Below are positions 51,643 to 64,000 of a stretch of 64,000 bases of DNA, piece by piece. How positions within the stretch are numbered: position 1 is the stretch's first letter; each line of letters begins with the position of its first letter. The notes under the pieces were generated by a model that was not told the DNA's origin, searched no databases, and worked only from the letters and a program-made list of their open reading frames with translations. The stretch lies in contig MU004185.1 of the NCBI GenBank assembly GCA_010093605.1, positions 703,334 to 767,333 on the forward strand, in the 5' to 3' direction. The stretch is from Lophium mytilinum. Its lineage: Eukaryota. The translations under genes and the position numbers were made by a program.

Positions 51643-53689
51643 CTATACCAGGGTCAACTCGTCCAGAGAATCGTCGTCGTCCTCGTACATGTCGATTGCG
51701 CGTTTCAGTCCGGAACTTCGACTCGGTGTGTGTTGAGACTTGGCCGGAGCTCTCACACCCGAAACTCGACGGTACTTTGGTCTCGATCCAGAGCGCCCAC
51801 TCGAGTGTTGTCGATGGCTAGACGTCTTCGGTGAAGCCATAATATTGCTGATGCTAACAAGATTTGAAGCAGACGACCAATCAAGCTCGTCATCTGATTC
51901 CTGTTTCACGATCGGCGTTTTCGCAGCCCGTGGTGTCGCCGCCATCAACTGCGGATTGTGTTTTTCCAGCGAGGATCTAGCCTTGGATTTGCCAGATGAT
52001 AGCCCTGAATGTCTTCCGCTGATCGATTTCCTACCGGTACTTCCCATAATTTGTTTACGGGCAGAGGGGGTCCTTTGAACTGTCACGGGCTCCGTGTGTT
52101 GCGAGACCTCAGGAGAAGAATGCGATTCTATCGAGTCCTGTGGAACCGGAACTTCTGGCGAATCGCTCTCGCTCGATGCATCTAGTTGGTCAGACAGCAT
52201 GTGTGCAACATCTGGAGCTGCTGGTGCGCCAAGGTTCCAGTCCTCCAGGTCGGGAGAATTACGATCGACCGTCGCGTCCGGTGGTAAAGCTGCAGTTCGT
52301 TGCGATTGTGGTTTCCGGAACGGGCGCTGACGAGTTTGAAGTGGCGAGCTAGGGACACTGAAGTCCCGAGTCATCTGGGGAATTAAATCTTGAGCGGACT
52401 CTGAATCTCTCGAAATGGATCTCTCTCTGCCAAATGCGGGCTCGGCCAACTGTTCTTCGCCCTGATCGGGCGGTATCCTGATTGACTCTGCGGAGCCTGG
52501 ACTCTGGTTCTTTAAGTGCTTGTGGTAATGGTGCTGGACAATCCATGGAGGGCGGTCTGGCCAGTATGAGCAAATTGTCGCCCATGGGAATTGGTGGTCC
52601 TCCTTGAGCTCCAGTAGTAGTATATTGTCTTCATCGGAGAACTGATAGCGAGACTTCCGGCCTTTGTAAGCCCTCTTAGCAGATGTGTTCGCAGAGTATT
52701 GGCGAGATCTGTCTAGGTAAGTTGGGAAGTTATGCTTGTTGCCCTCTTCCTCATCATCTTCCTCGTCACTAGCGTATTCTGGGTCTTCTCCATGACTGTC
52801 CACGTGAGGCGATGCATTGTCTCTAGGAAGAGAGCGTCGCTCTGTTGCAAAGCGTCGAGAGACTGGCCGGACCAGGCGCACTCCTGCAGTTGGGTCTGGG
52901 ACCGCCCAAATACTCCCGGTTTGCGGCGAGACGGGTCGAGGTGGCAGAGAACGGGGGAGCGGCTGAGACACATCACGGCTAAGTGGTGTATGTTGAGGCA
53001 ACGGCGGAGCACTCCAGAGAGAACTCAAGACAGGTGGACTAGACTGCCATTGGGCAATGAATTGCGCAATCTGCATTCCAATGCCTCGTCCTAATGCCTC
53101 GATCGCAGCAGCTTCAGTCGGCTGTCGTCCCAGGGGAGTTGTATGTTCGACTTGCGACGGCCGCTGCATCCGACTGTGAGCAGTGCTTTCGCCGGTGGCA
53201 GTGGGCTGTGTGGCCTTTACAATGGTGTCGTCGCAGGTCGCAGTGTCCTCCATCTCTACGCCTTGATCAAGTCCCTAATATCGAAGTCAGAGCTTGCGCA
53301 AAGCATACTTGGGCGCGAGAGGCAAGAGAATAATCGGAACCTACCAAAGCTACAACCTCGCCACTCTCCGATCCCTCGGTGTCATCGCTGTCGCTGATGG
53401 TACCAACCATGTCGTCTGCAAAGGCTCTCAGGATGGCACCAGCCTCACCCTCCCCCACGTCCTGCTCATTCCTCATCCGCGAAATGTGACCATTATTCAC
53501 AACTATTTCGCCAGTCTGTAAGTCGATCTCGTCGCCGACGTTGGTGAAATCCTTTGTGTACTTCAGAAATATATTCTCAAAGGCGCCTTTGAGCCGATTG
53601 TCGTTGCGCGCGCGGTCACGATAGAGATCGGAAGAAGAGTCCGGCTCTTCTATAATAGCGATCCGGGGCCGTTTTGGCGGGCGTTCCAT
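51643..53689 (-). CDS. SCM3: Scm3-domain (CENP-A chaperone-like) protein with a Myb-like domain
   Basis: RLKGAFENIFLKY...GDEIDLQTGEIVVNNGHISRM (Scm3 domain); FSDEDNILLLELKEDHQFPWATICSYWPDR (Myb-like); one intron near 53275-53345. Confidence 0.75.
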
Positions 53690-54014
53690 GGTGGAGTGTG
53701 TCGGTGGAGTGTGTTGGTGGGGGTGGTCGTGGTGTGTCGCGCTGGTGTAGTTGACACGAGCGTGGAGCGCGTTTGTCTTTCGGAGGAGCCAAGCCGCCAG
53801 ATAAAGTGCCAGGCCGTGCGTTCCAAGTTCACTCGGCTTGCCGATGCCCCTCGCGGCCCGTGACGACGAACTGATTCACCTGCACGACAGCTGCCTTCAC
53901 CACACTCCAAGCTAGCACAGATCATCTGCATAGCTTAGAACTGTCGCTTTCCACCCGCCCCCATGCTTCAAGCGCTGTAGGAAGCCTTCTCGCTGCACAT
54001 TCCCCTCCGCTGCA

Positions 54015-55561
54015 ATGTATTGCCAGAAATGCAGAACGCCTGTTCGACTGGATGCATCTGTTGAGGAGCTCAACCCCGCCGCTTTTAAGCTCTTGACAGG
54101 TCGCTCTTCTCCTCCCTAATCCTCGAGGTCCTGTAACTGACCCCGATAGACCCCATCGTTCCAGCGCCTCATCCGGCCTCCACGACGGTCCCCCTTCGTC
54201 AAACACGCCTCGCATTCCCAGAGCAGCGCCGGGAAGACTACCAGAGCGCTGTGCATGATGCACGAGCACCTACCTTTAAACGAGCGATCCCACCAGGCCG
54301 CTTTGCTAAGAATGCATCGGTCTCCCCAAGCAAGATGGGCATGAAAGATAACCCCGCCATGTCATTCGTCATGCTCACCGAATCCCAAGTCGTTCAGAAG
54401 CCCAATATTACATGGGAAAACGGAGTAGATGAGGCCTCGCGCGATCCAAACGCACCTTCACCGGGCCCAAGGATTGCCGCCGAGATCGAGACCACCGACC
54501 GGCTGTACGAAATACTTTCTGCCCACTCCGACATTGACCATCCTATCTGCGTTGAATGCACCGACCTGTTAGTAGAAGGACTACAAAAGAACCTTGCCGG
54601 CGCTATAAAGGAGCGAGACGCGTATGTGGAGTATTTGCGGCGGGCAAACACCGACGTTCCATCCGATGAAGAACGTCAACAAGGTCTAGAAGCTTTGGAA
54701 CTTGCACGGAAGCAGGAGGCATCTAGCTTTGCAAAGCTTGAAAGCCTCGAGCGAGAGAAAGCTCTGCTAGACAGCCAAATTACCGCCTTGGACATAGAAG
54801 CACGAGAGCTGGATCAGATAGAGCAGGGCTTCTGGCATGAACGCAACTCGTTTGCAGGAACTCTGTCTGCTTTCCAAGACGAACGGGACAGGCTCAACAC
54901 TCGCTACGACCATGATGCCAAGCAGTTGCAGCGCCTACAGCGGACGAACGTCTACAACGATACCTTTTGCATCGGCCACGATGGGTTCTTTGGCACCATC
55001 AACGGGCTGCGTCTCGGTAGATTATCGAATCCGCTAGTTGAATGGGCTGAGATCAACGCCGCCTGGGGTCAGACTTGCCTGCTTCTTGCCACTGTGGCTG
55101 AACGGCTGGGCTTTTCTTTCAAGGGCTATCGAATAGTCCCCAGGGGATCCTCTTCTCAAATTGAAAAATTGGAATACCCCCAATCCCCTTCTGGAAATGA
55201 CCCATCACATCCGGTCAAACCAAAGGTCACAAAACTAGATCTATACTCTACTGGAGAGATGGGCTTAGGCTTTTTCTTGCATCGACGGATAGACGCCGCC
55301 ATGATTGCGTTTTTAGAATGCTTGCGTCAGCTGGGCGACTTTGTCGAACAGCCTCCTACACAAGGACCCGCAAATGCAGGTCATGGGTTAAGAATGCCTT
55401 ACGAGATTCACAAAGACAAAATTCACGACACTAGCATCAAATTAACCTTCCAACAGGAGGAGTCGTGGACAAAAGCCTGCAAGTATACGCTGACATGCTG
55501 CAAATATCTCCTCGCGCATGCGAGCAACACGACCACTCCTACTTCTCGAAGAAACGTGTAA
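54015..55561 (+). CDS. ATG6: Beclin-1 / autophagy protein 6
   Basis: MYCQKCRTP, intron 54100-54149, IDHPICVEC, LQRTNVYNDTFCIGHDGFFGTINGLRLG, WAEINAAWGQ, WTKACKYTLTCCK. Confidence 0.95.
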
Positions 55562-55925
55562 GACGCTTGTTAGGTGGAGCGAAGATAATTATACCCCAGT
55601 ACTTTTGGATAGCCGAGGTCTTGCAAATACCAGGCGTTGTGAAAATGAGAGTGCGTGAAAGGAAATGCGGTGTTTGCGTAATAAATAATTTAGGGATAGC
55701 ATGGTGGTGCAGGCCTGACGGCGTATCTTACTCGCTTTCAGGGACTGTTGCAAAAGCTTATAGTAGGATGCTAACCCAGGTGTATAACAGAAGCATCCAA
55801 GTTATAGAAGTAGATATATAGAATTAAATTATAAGTAAACGCTCCAGAAATGCGCTTAAACTTGATTGTATAGTGTAAATATCTGAGCTAGAAATAGCAC
55901 ACTTACTATTAAATGTATAGAGTCG

Positions 55926-55933
55926 GTGTAAGA

Positions 55934-55981
<48 letters not shown>

Positions 55982-56313
55982 GAATTATATTACTTAAGTT
56001 CTATTATATACTAACAGTGATAGAGTTGTATGTCTACACTATATAATGCACGGTAAAACGCTTCTCTAACGTTTTTCTAACGTTATCTAATATCTCTTAT
56101 ATTGTAAGTTTAATAATAGCATAAGCGTTATAGCCTTACACGTAATAAGCTTAAAGCGTTCAAATAGAACAAAACTGTAAGCGTTTGAACGTGATACAAT
56201 AAACGTTAGATATCATTACAAGGATATTACAGAAGCGTTTTACAATGCATAAAATAGCGTATATATTTGCTCCGTTGCTATTAATATAGAATAGAACTTA
56301 CGCCCTACAATTC

Positions 56314-56354
<41 letters not shown>

Positions 56355-56401
56355 CATTGATCTATCTATCTACCTATTAATCTGTCTATCTATTCTTATA
56401 C
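55926..56401. mobile_element. Foldback/MITE-like element with long TIRs containing (GATA)n, copy A
   Basis: gtgtaagaata(gata)n ggaatt...aattcc(tatc)n...tattcttatac; the inverted similarity extends inward (taaaacgcttct / agaagcgtttta). Confidence 0.75.
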
Positions 56402-57856
56402 TTATTAGACCTTTAAATAGGAGGGGTAGCTCCTATTAGGGTCTATGTAGCTGTTCTATCTAGGCTAATTTATAAGGGAAACCTGTTTCCTGCTGGGCAG
56501 TATTTAGGTAAAACCCTTATCCTCTATTATACTCAGTAATAGGCGCCCTTCTCTTTTTACTATAGCTATAGTGGACATGTAGTAGGTCTATAAGGACTAC
56601 TACAGGATAAGCTACTAAGATGCATGTATTAGAACTATCTAGATACAGTTCTTATCCTTCTAGGTTTAGGCTACGTAAAATCCAGATGTTAAGCTAGTAT
56701 AGGATTAGTGTAAGGGCCCGCGTGTAAATAATGCACACATAGGCTCTTTATCTAGGACGTTAAGTAGAGTTAAAGAGTAGTGGGTGGCTATATAGGCTAT
56801 AGGAAACAGGAAGGCTATAGGAAATAGAAAGGCTAGATAGTTTATGGGTACTATGCAGCTATTAGGCAAGACTTAGTAGATAGTAATAACATTACTCTGC
56901 TTTAAGAGAAGGAGGTATACGATTTATAGCTTCTGTATAATTTTATAGGTAGGCTATTGTTAAATAAGAGTGCTAATAAGTAGAAGGGCTAGTAGGGCGG
57001 GTTAATAATAGGAGTGGTAGGCTTAATGTATTATTATTATTAAATTCTATTAAGCTAGTGCAGCTCCCGTTAGCGGCTATACAGCTGTCCTATCTAGGCT
57101 AGTTACAAGGGGAAATTGCTTGCTACCGAATAGCTATTGGATGAAACCCTCATCCTCTATAGTGTATGGAGCCGAGCGCTCTCTCTTGGAGCATTATTTA
57201 GCTGTTGGGGACGCATGGTAGGTAGGTCTATCAGGCCTGCCACAGAATAGGCCATTGTGATGCGTCCTCCTAGATCAATCTGGATTGGGTTGTGGTTATC
57301 CTCCTAGGTCCGGGTTGGGTTGGGTTGATTGGAATCCGGCGCGAATAGCTGGTGTAGCCAGCGTATATTTGTATCTACTCTTTATATAACATAGGTCTAC
57401 TAGCTAGATTGCCCGCCTGCTAGGGCCCCCTAGGCTGCCCTTCCTACAATAACCTGTATACTGCTGATTTGCTCTATAAGTCTATATTACAAGTGATTAC
57501 TTATATATATATAATAGTAGACCAACACGCGCATCTATCCTTTTAGGCCATATAAACAGTGTCACCAGCAAGGTATTAATCCTTCTCCCTGTGTAACAGT
57601 TACCGGCCGGCCGACTGGCAAAATGGCAAGGCTAAAGCTGCAGACTTCCTATTAGCCTTAGCATATAGAGGTGCTGTATAAGCTGTAGCTTATTCAGCTG
57701 TGCACGAGTGGTTAAAAAGGAAGTATATACGCATACTTGCCATCGCCCAGGCAGCTAGCTGCTGTCCACCACGAGTCTACCAGGTGTCTATAGAGGCCTG
57801 GAGCTAACTATTACTACTATCATATACTACGCCCTGCGGCGTCTACCCTTCTACTA

Positions 57857-58030
57857 CCATATTCTCTGAGAATATACAAAAGCCACGCTTGGCACCGCTA
57901 AGCCTATAAGCGTATAGTGTATCGGGAAATCGAGCTATCACACGCCGATAGGCGTGACATGATTTGCTCAACGAGTAAGGTTAAGATAGCGCTGGCAAGC
58001 GTGGCTTTTATATAATCTCAGAGAATACAG
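57857..58030. mobile_element. MITE, copy 3 of the 41-kb family
   Basis: TA|ccatattctctgagaatatacaaaagccacgcttg...caagcgtggcttttatataatctcagagaatacag|TA, with the same internal gctcaacgagtaaggttaagatagcg. Confidence 0.85.
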
Positions 58031-58903
58031 TATTGGGTAGAGCCCCTTTATATGGCGTATAACGCTCTCGCAATAATAGACCAACTATATCTTGCAGGTA
58101 GAGGTTATCACCTCTAATAACTTAACGCCGCGCGGCTATTAATAATTCCCTTGTGCCTACTAACTAAACTAATAATATCCTTGCTCTTACGCCTATTAGC
58201 TCCCTAGTCCTTAGTCCTAGCGTTTACTTAAATATTCGCGGTAGCGTTCATTCATTTATCTATTAAGAGATATAAGTGCAACTATACTAGTATAGAGGTG
58301 TCCTTTTATTTTAATAGATTAGTCCTATCGCTCCTACTAATAAGTATAAGCGCTAGTATAGCCGTAGGTTAGAATAGCTACCTAGGTATTAGAATATTAA
58401 AAAGTTTTTGAAACTACCCCTCTATTTTATTATTATTAGTTGTGCAAGAGCTTTACTAAGGCTCCTATAAAAACTCTTCCATTCTAGCGGCGTTAAGGAC
58501 AACATCTTTAAAGACAATCTCTAGCCACAACGCAACGTTGTTGCACCAGTAATAAACGTGATTCTCACTCTCATACAGGCCTTGCGGTTTGAATAAGATA
58601 GAAAGAAACCCCCGTAAAATAATATGGGTCAAATCATGGTTTTAGTGTTCCTCTTAATATACTATAAAACGCTTTTCTACCTTTCTTTTAATAATATGCT
58701 ATAATAGCTAATTAGACAATAGATCTAATAGAGATATTGCTTATTATAAAGAACTGAGTCTTTACATGATAGTAGTATAGTAGATAAACTAGAGCTACAC
58801 TAGTAAAACATACTTTTAATGTAACATGCTCATAAGCATTATAATAGTATAAGCGTTACATCCTTATGTATAATAGGCTTAAATGTTAAAGGTATAGAGT
58901 TAA

Positions 58904-58910
58904 TGTAAGA

Positions 58911-58962
<52 letters not shown>

Positions 58963-59342
58963 GAATTATACTACTTAAGTCTCATTCTACATCATTAGCA
59001 GCAGAGTATATATACAGCATTCTATGCACTATAAAACGTTTCTCTACCGTTCTTATAACGTTATCTAATGTTTGTTGTATCACGTTCAAACGCCCACGGT
59101 TTCGTCCCGTTTAAAGGCTTTTAAGCCTATTATGCGTAAGGATATAACGCTTATGCTATTATAAACCTTACATTGAAAGCTATTAGATAGAACAAAACTA
59201 TAAGCATTTAAACATAATACAATAAGTATTAGATAATATTATAAGAATGTTAGAGAAGCGTTTTACAATGCATTAAATGGCGTAAATATACAACTCCGTT
59301 GCTGTTAGTATAGAATACAACTCAAGCAATATAAATCCTATA

Positions 59343-59374
<32 letters not shown>

Positions 59375-59380
59375 CATCTG

Positions 59381-59430
<50 letters not shown>

Positions 59431-59472
59431 CATCTATCCATCCATCCATCCATCCATCTATTTATTCCTATA
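58904..59472. mobile_element. Foldback/MITE-like element with (GATA)n TIRs, copy B (core inverted relative to copy A)
   Basis: tgtaagaata(gata)n ggaattata...(tatc)n/(catc)n; the core ttgtatcacgttcaaacgc is the reverse complement of copy A's gcgtttgaacgtgatacaa. Confidence 0.75.
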
Positions 59473-60877
59473 TCTATCTCTCTACCCACTTTTCTATATA
59501 GAGGATATGCCTAGTAAGTAGATAAGAAATATATAAGGGGTAGTAGTAGTAGGAGTTTTATAGTATATAGTATATATGAAATAGATTAATATCTAGTAAT
59601 AACTTTCTTACTTAACTCTTAGGATCTGTTTTCTTTATTAATAGCTTCCAAGTTGTTAAGTATAAAGTATGCTTTCTAAATTAGGCTAGTACTACTATTA
59701 GTGCCTACTCTATAATAATCTTAAGTCTAGTATATATATTATACTATACTAAGAGAGAAGTATATATAGGTCTAGAAACTATAAACGTCTATGTCTTTTG
59801 ACCTTTTAAAGATAGGGTGTTAAGTGTCCTATTAAATAGTATACTACTTAAGTATACTAATCTAGTATACTACCTTTATACTATTATATTAGACTATAGG
59901 CCTCTTAAGATATAAAATCCTAGCTTTAGTCTATCCCTTACTTAAATAAGAGTTTTATACTAAGAGCTTTATTATCTTACTAGCCCTAGAGTGTATATTA
60001 TATATATAGTAGCTATACTATTTAATAAAGTATTAGATGGAGGTAGAATAACTCTACCTTTTAGTAGATGCTAATAGAATATATATCTATCTATAAGGGG
60101 ATGTAATTACTTGTCCCCTAAAGTAACATTATTATCAAGATACCCTTAATTACTACCCGTTTCTCCCCACTTCTCTCTACATCCTCCCTTCTTCCCCTAA
60201 GATTTAGTTCTTACACCGCTAAGAATAACTTTTTATAATTAATGCAAAGTATAATTACTAAAGTTTAACGCAGTATTCATATTATTCTATACTTTAATTA
60301 CTATACTATATTCCTTATGCACTATATATCTATAAAGGAAACTTAAATCTACTTATAGAAAGGATAATGCCTTGTTATAAAGGTCCTAACACATAAGACT
60401 ACCTAAGATGTTGATATCTGGGTACTTTTTACCTTAAAGAGCACTAAGCAGGTGGTGGGCGCATCGGTAGGCGGGCCAGTTGTTCTGGCACATGGCTAGC
60501 ATCTGTTCACTTTTTTTGGTGTTGTAAATAAGATTTGACGTTTCAGATTGGTAGAACAAATTTACCACGTCTGGGAGCTAAGATCGAGTTGAAGGGTGGA
60601 GAAATAGGAAGAGAAAATGGGGTGATATTTAAGCTGGTTCTATTATTTATTGGGCCTGCAGTGTTTTATTTTAAAGGGTTGTACATTGAGTAGCAAATGT
60701 TTAACAATATCAACACCACATAAAATACACATGACGCTATGCTTTCAATCAAAGTCCCACGGGTCAGACACTCCTGCTAACCTAGCGTAACGATACCGAA
60801 ATCCATGACCTCTCATCGCAAATAGTACCAAGCCTCTTCCTTCCTCGATACCACCAACGGGGGAGTCAAGCTGTTAC

Positions 60878-61598
60878 TTAGTGGCATGCAACGGATTTTG
60901 TCGCAGACGAATTACCGAACGTCATATATCCAATGAAGGCTCCTACGGCCACAGCAAGCATAACCCACCCGTTGTAGGTCATGAATAAGAGCCTGTTGAC
61001 CAAATCAATCCATTTGATCACTTGCGAGGTGCAAAAAGATCACTTACATGATGAAGAAGGAATAAAATACTTGAAGAGCGTAAAAAGCGGCATTTACCAT
61101 CTTGTTCCTCCTTTCAACGGCTTGCACAGACCTCCCTGACCAAAGTAATGAGCTCGATTCGTTGACGCTAGGACCTTCAAACCATCCTTTCAGCCTTGTT
61201 CGGTGAACGGACGACGTAACGCAGTCATCGTGCTACGACTCAACCACAGCTACACCGACTCTTTGTCTGCACCAATGAATAAATCCACTCACTTGTAGCT
61301 TCATCCACGCGTCTTGGAGTGTTCGAGTATGCTTCGTAACGGCGGGAAACCTCGCGGACGGCTTCGTAGCCTGCAGTAAGAAGGACGATGGCGAGCAAGG
61401 ACCAGAGCAGAGAAAAAGTGCCAGAGACATGCCATTGCCGGAAGACAATACACAGGTCCTGGGTGTCCCAGGTGAACAGCATCTAAGCAAGTTAGCAACG
61501 CTTCATTCAATGAGCAAGTCCTAACGAACGTTCATGTTGCAACGGTGGCTGTTGCCATGGTCCATATCACCATGGTCCATGTGTGAGTGGTCCATCAT
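60878..61598 (-). CDS. CTR2: Ctr-family copper transporter (Ctr2-like)
   Basis: MMDHSHMDHGDMDHG His/Met N-terminus, CNMN/MLFTWD, IM/LLFMTYNGW (MxxxM), C-terminal ACH*. Confidence 0.9.
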
Positions 61599-61950
61599 GA
61601 GTGGAGTACGTCGGTAGCTGCGTATTTGCTGCTGTTAGTCTGGAGGTGTTGGGGATGATTGTCGAAGGTGCGAGAGGAGTAGAATGGTGAGCTCTTAGGT
61701 GGGACTGTCAACCGTTGCGGGACGTCTCAGTAGCGTCGCAAGGGACCCGATCCCTGCTCCGATCGCCGCCAAGCGCTATGTCAGATTCGCTTTCGGCTGT
61801 CCACGGAACTGTACCGCAGCTCGACGTCGTGTCTGACATCTCCGGGAACCCTCTACAAAGTGATCAAAACTTCACAGGAATAATCGGATCGACTGTATTT
61901 ACTATCTTGCTTAGGGGTACACAGCATAGTAGCCTTGCATCTTGCTCACC

Positions 61951-62710
61951 ATGCAAGCCCTAGGACGCTCTGCTTTGCGTCTTACGCATCGGCCCGTCAC
62001 CACTCGCAGGTCAGTCTTCGCAACACGCTACCGCAAGTTTGCCTTGACAGCCGCCCGAGGCGCTCTTTCAAGCCCGTTGAATTTGCCGAAATGGTAAGCA
62101 TGCAGCTTCTTAGTATGTCATTTCCTGTTCTTACTGATTGAATGCAACGTAAAAGGCTTGAGGACAATTCTCATTTGCTCAAGCCGCCTATCAACAACTA
62201 TTGTGTGTATAATGACGATGTGACTGTGATGGTACGCTCAGTCCGTCCCCCTGACTTAGGCCAAGACTTACTCGTCACTGAACTCAGATCGTTGGCGGCC
62301 CCAATGAACGCACGGACTATCACATAAATGAGACCGCTGAATGGTTCTTCCAGTACAAAGGCGACATGTTACTGAAGACGGTCGACGATGGGAAGTTCAG
62401 GGACATACACATACGAGAAGGAGAGATGTTCCTTCTCCCACCAAACACTCCTCACAACCCCGTCCGCTTCGCCAACACAGTGGGAATAGTCCTGGAGCAA
62501 CATCGGCCTGAGAGCTCAATAGATCGACTGCGTTGGTATTGCCAGAATTGCGGCGAGAAAGTCCATGAAGCCGCCTTCCACTGCACCGACTTAGGAACGC
62601 AGCTCAAGGATGCCGTTAACAAATTCAAGGCCGACATGGAAGCAAGAACCTGTCGTAGCTGCGGTACTGTGTGCGATGTAGCTCCGAAGGGCACTGCCAA
62701 GGAAGGCTGA
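61951..62710 (+). CDS. BNA1: 3-hydroxyanthranilate 3,4-dioxygenase
   Basis: PLNLPKW/LEDNSHLLKPPINNY.../VGGPNERTDYHINETAEWFFQYKG, PHNPVRF, WYCQNC, CRSCG; two introns. Confidence 0.95.
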
Positions 62711-62741
62711 CCGCATACAATACCCACTGCGGATATCTCGA

Positions 62742-64000
62742 TCACAACCCCTTCCACATCATCTTGGAAACGTGGTCAACCTTCTTTCTGCTTGGTTTCA
62801 CGAGGCCAAAATATTTGAACTCGGCCAATGATCTCTGGAAGAGGGATCTATAAAAAGTATCAGTCTGATTCGGGTGGAGAACAGCTGCAGCTGGGTGATA
62901 GGATATGGATCTTACGTGGTTACGTCTTCCGCTTGACTGTCTTCGTTCCCAGTGATGGCGTTGAAGGCAAGCCACAAATCGTTGACATTCAACATCGCGC
63001 CCGACTCAAGGTACAGTTGATACAAGATAGCGCTTGGTGGCTGGCTAACTGATAGTTGATGCTGCATCTCTCGTTAGCTAAAGGCAATGCAAGATGAATG
63101 AAATTGCGAGCATACTCCTTCCTCGGCCTTTGACTCTGCACAGCAAGTACAATTGAGATAGTCGTGCGGTGATGATAGAGCGCGTTCTATCGCAAATCGA
63201 GGCTTGGGTGCGAAAACCTCGTTATGTGGCGATTTGAGGTCGTATAAGAGGATTTCGGACAAGTATAGACTGTGCGGGTCAATGAGCGCTTCTGTCAGAT
63301 ACGCTTCCAGCTCATCGTGAAAGCGTCCAACCAGATCTGAATAGGCGGCATCTTGCTTGGAAAGTGTAGACTTGTGCTTGCTTAGATCTACCTTTTGAGC
63401 CACTAGGGTGGTCCTAAGGGTATTGCTTTGTATATCGTAGTGGCTTTTGAGGGGTTCTGATGTAGTAGTACTATGCTCCGTCAGGTCGGCAAGTGCTTGT
63501 TGATATGACCCAATGTCCATTGGTAGCCCACTATGCCCCGAAGATGCTAAGCTTGCTAGCACATGAGAAAATGTATCTGAGGATGCTTTCCTGACCATCA
63601 AAAGGGTCTCACGGGTCAGCGGTGACCCGTAAAGGTCTCCGGAAGCTGATCGAATGTAAAGCGAGGAGTACCGGACTTGCTGCGTTTTCCAGACAGCGTT
63701 TCTGAGGACGACAACAGTTGCGATGGCTGACACGAGTCTAGAAAGCGCTGTTTGACCTAATTCTAGATGTTGTTTGATATTCGCAAATAGAAATTGATCT
63801 GAATCCAAGAGGCTGTGTATTTCGCGGGTGGACCCGTCTTCGAGCAAGGCCTCGACATGGCTATATTATGAGTCAGTACTCTGGAAAGACTGGTGATGTG
63901 GGACACAGTCATACTTGCGGAAAGACGGGAGAGTTCTTAGAGCCTCAAATGTACCGTGGTTTATCTGATCAAACGCAAGCGAGCCATTCAGGAAGACACT
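62742..64000 (-). CDS. ORC3: Origin recognition complex subunit 3, 3' part (gene starts beyond the window)
   Basis: PRFAIERALSSPHDYLNC, ILYQLYLESG...NVNDLW, FQRSLAEFKYFGLVKPSRKKVDHV winged-helix C-terminus. Confidence 0.88.

Larger units (their letters stand above)
55750..60450. repeat. AT-rich, TpA-rich island of degraded repeats (RIP-like)
   Basis: No ORF of 60 aa or more between 55821 and 61233, abundant TpA/TAG/CTA, and several internal repeat families. Confidence 0.85.

Noticed and set aside
55934..59460. (GATA)n tracts as telomeric repeats or a CRISPR-like array
   Set aside because: Simple tetranucleotide microsatellites inside inverted repeats; not TTAGGG, and no repeat-spacer structure.

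Overview
Gene-dense nuclear DNA from a filamentous ascomycete (GT-AG introns with CTAAC/CTGAC branch sites; Pezizomycotina-like proteins). It holds about 26 mostly housekeeping genes: ATP4, eIF3d, NPP1, RAD17, TMA22, ALG12, PFA4, HAP3, GIM4, CMC2, NTR2, SmG, CLIP-170, CPA2, SCM3-like, ATG6, CTR2, BNA1, ORC3 and others. It also has three copies of a TA-flanked MITE and a ~4.7-kb AT-rich, RIP-like repeat island. The standout is in the arginine-specific carbamoyl-phosphate synthase large-subunit gene (CPA2/arg-3). A 2,082-nt spliceosomal-type intron (47691-49772) interrupts the conserved N-x-NPETVSTD motif and carries an intact 370-aa ORF with a GIY-YIG nuclease motif and two C-terminal C2H2 zinc fingers. 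The intron also has structured repeats and an internal branch point/acceptor that could splice the ORF in frame to the host exon. It looks like a candidate homing-endonuclease-encoding spliceosomal intron. All calls come from reading the sequence by eye; no searches were run, and exon boundaries are predictions.
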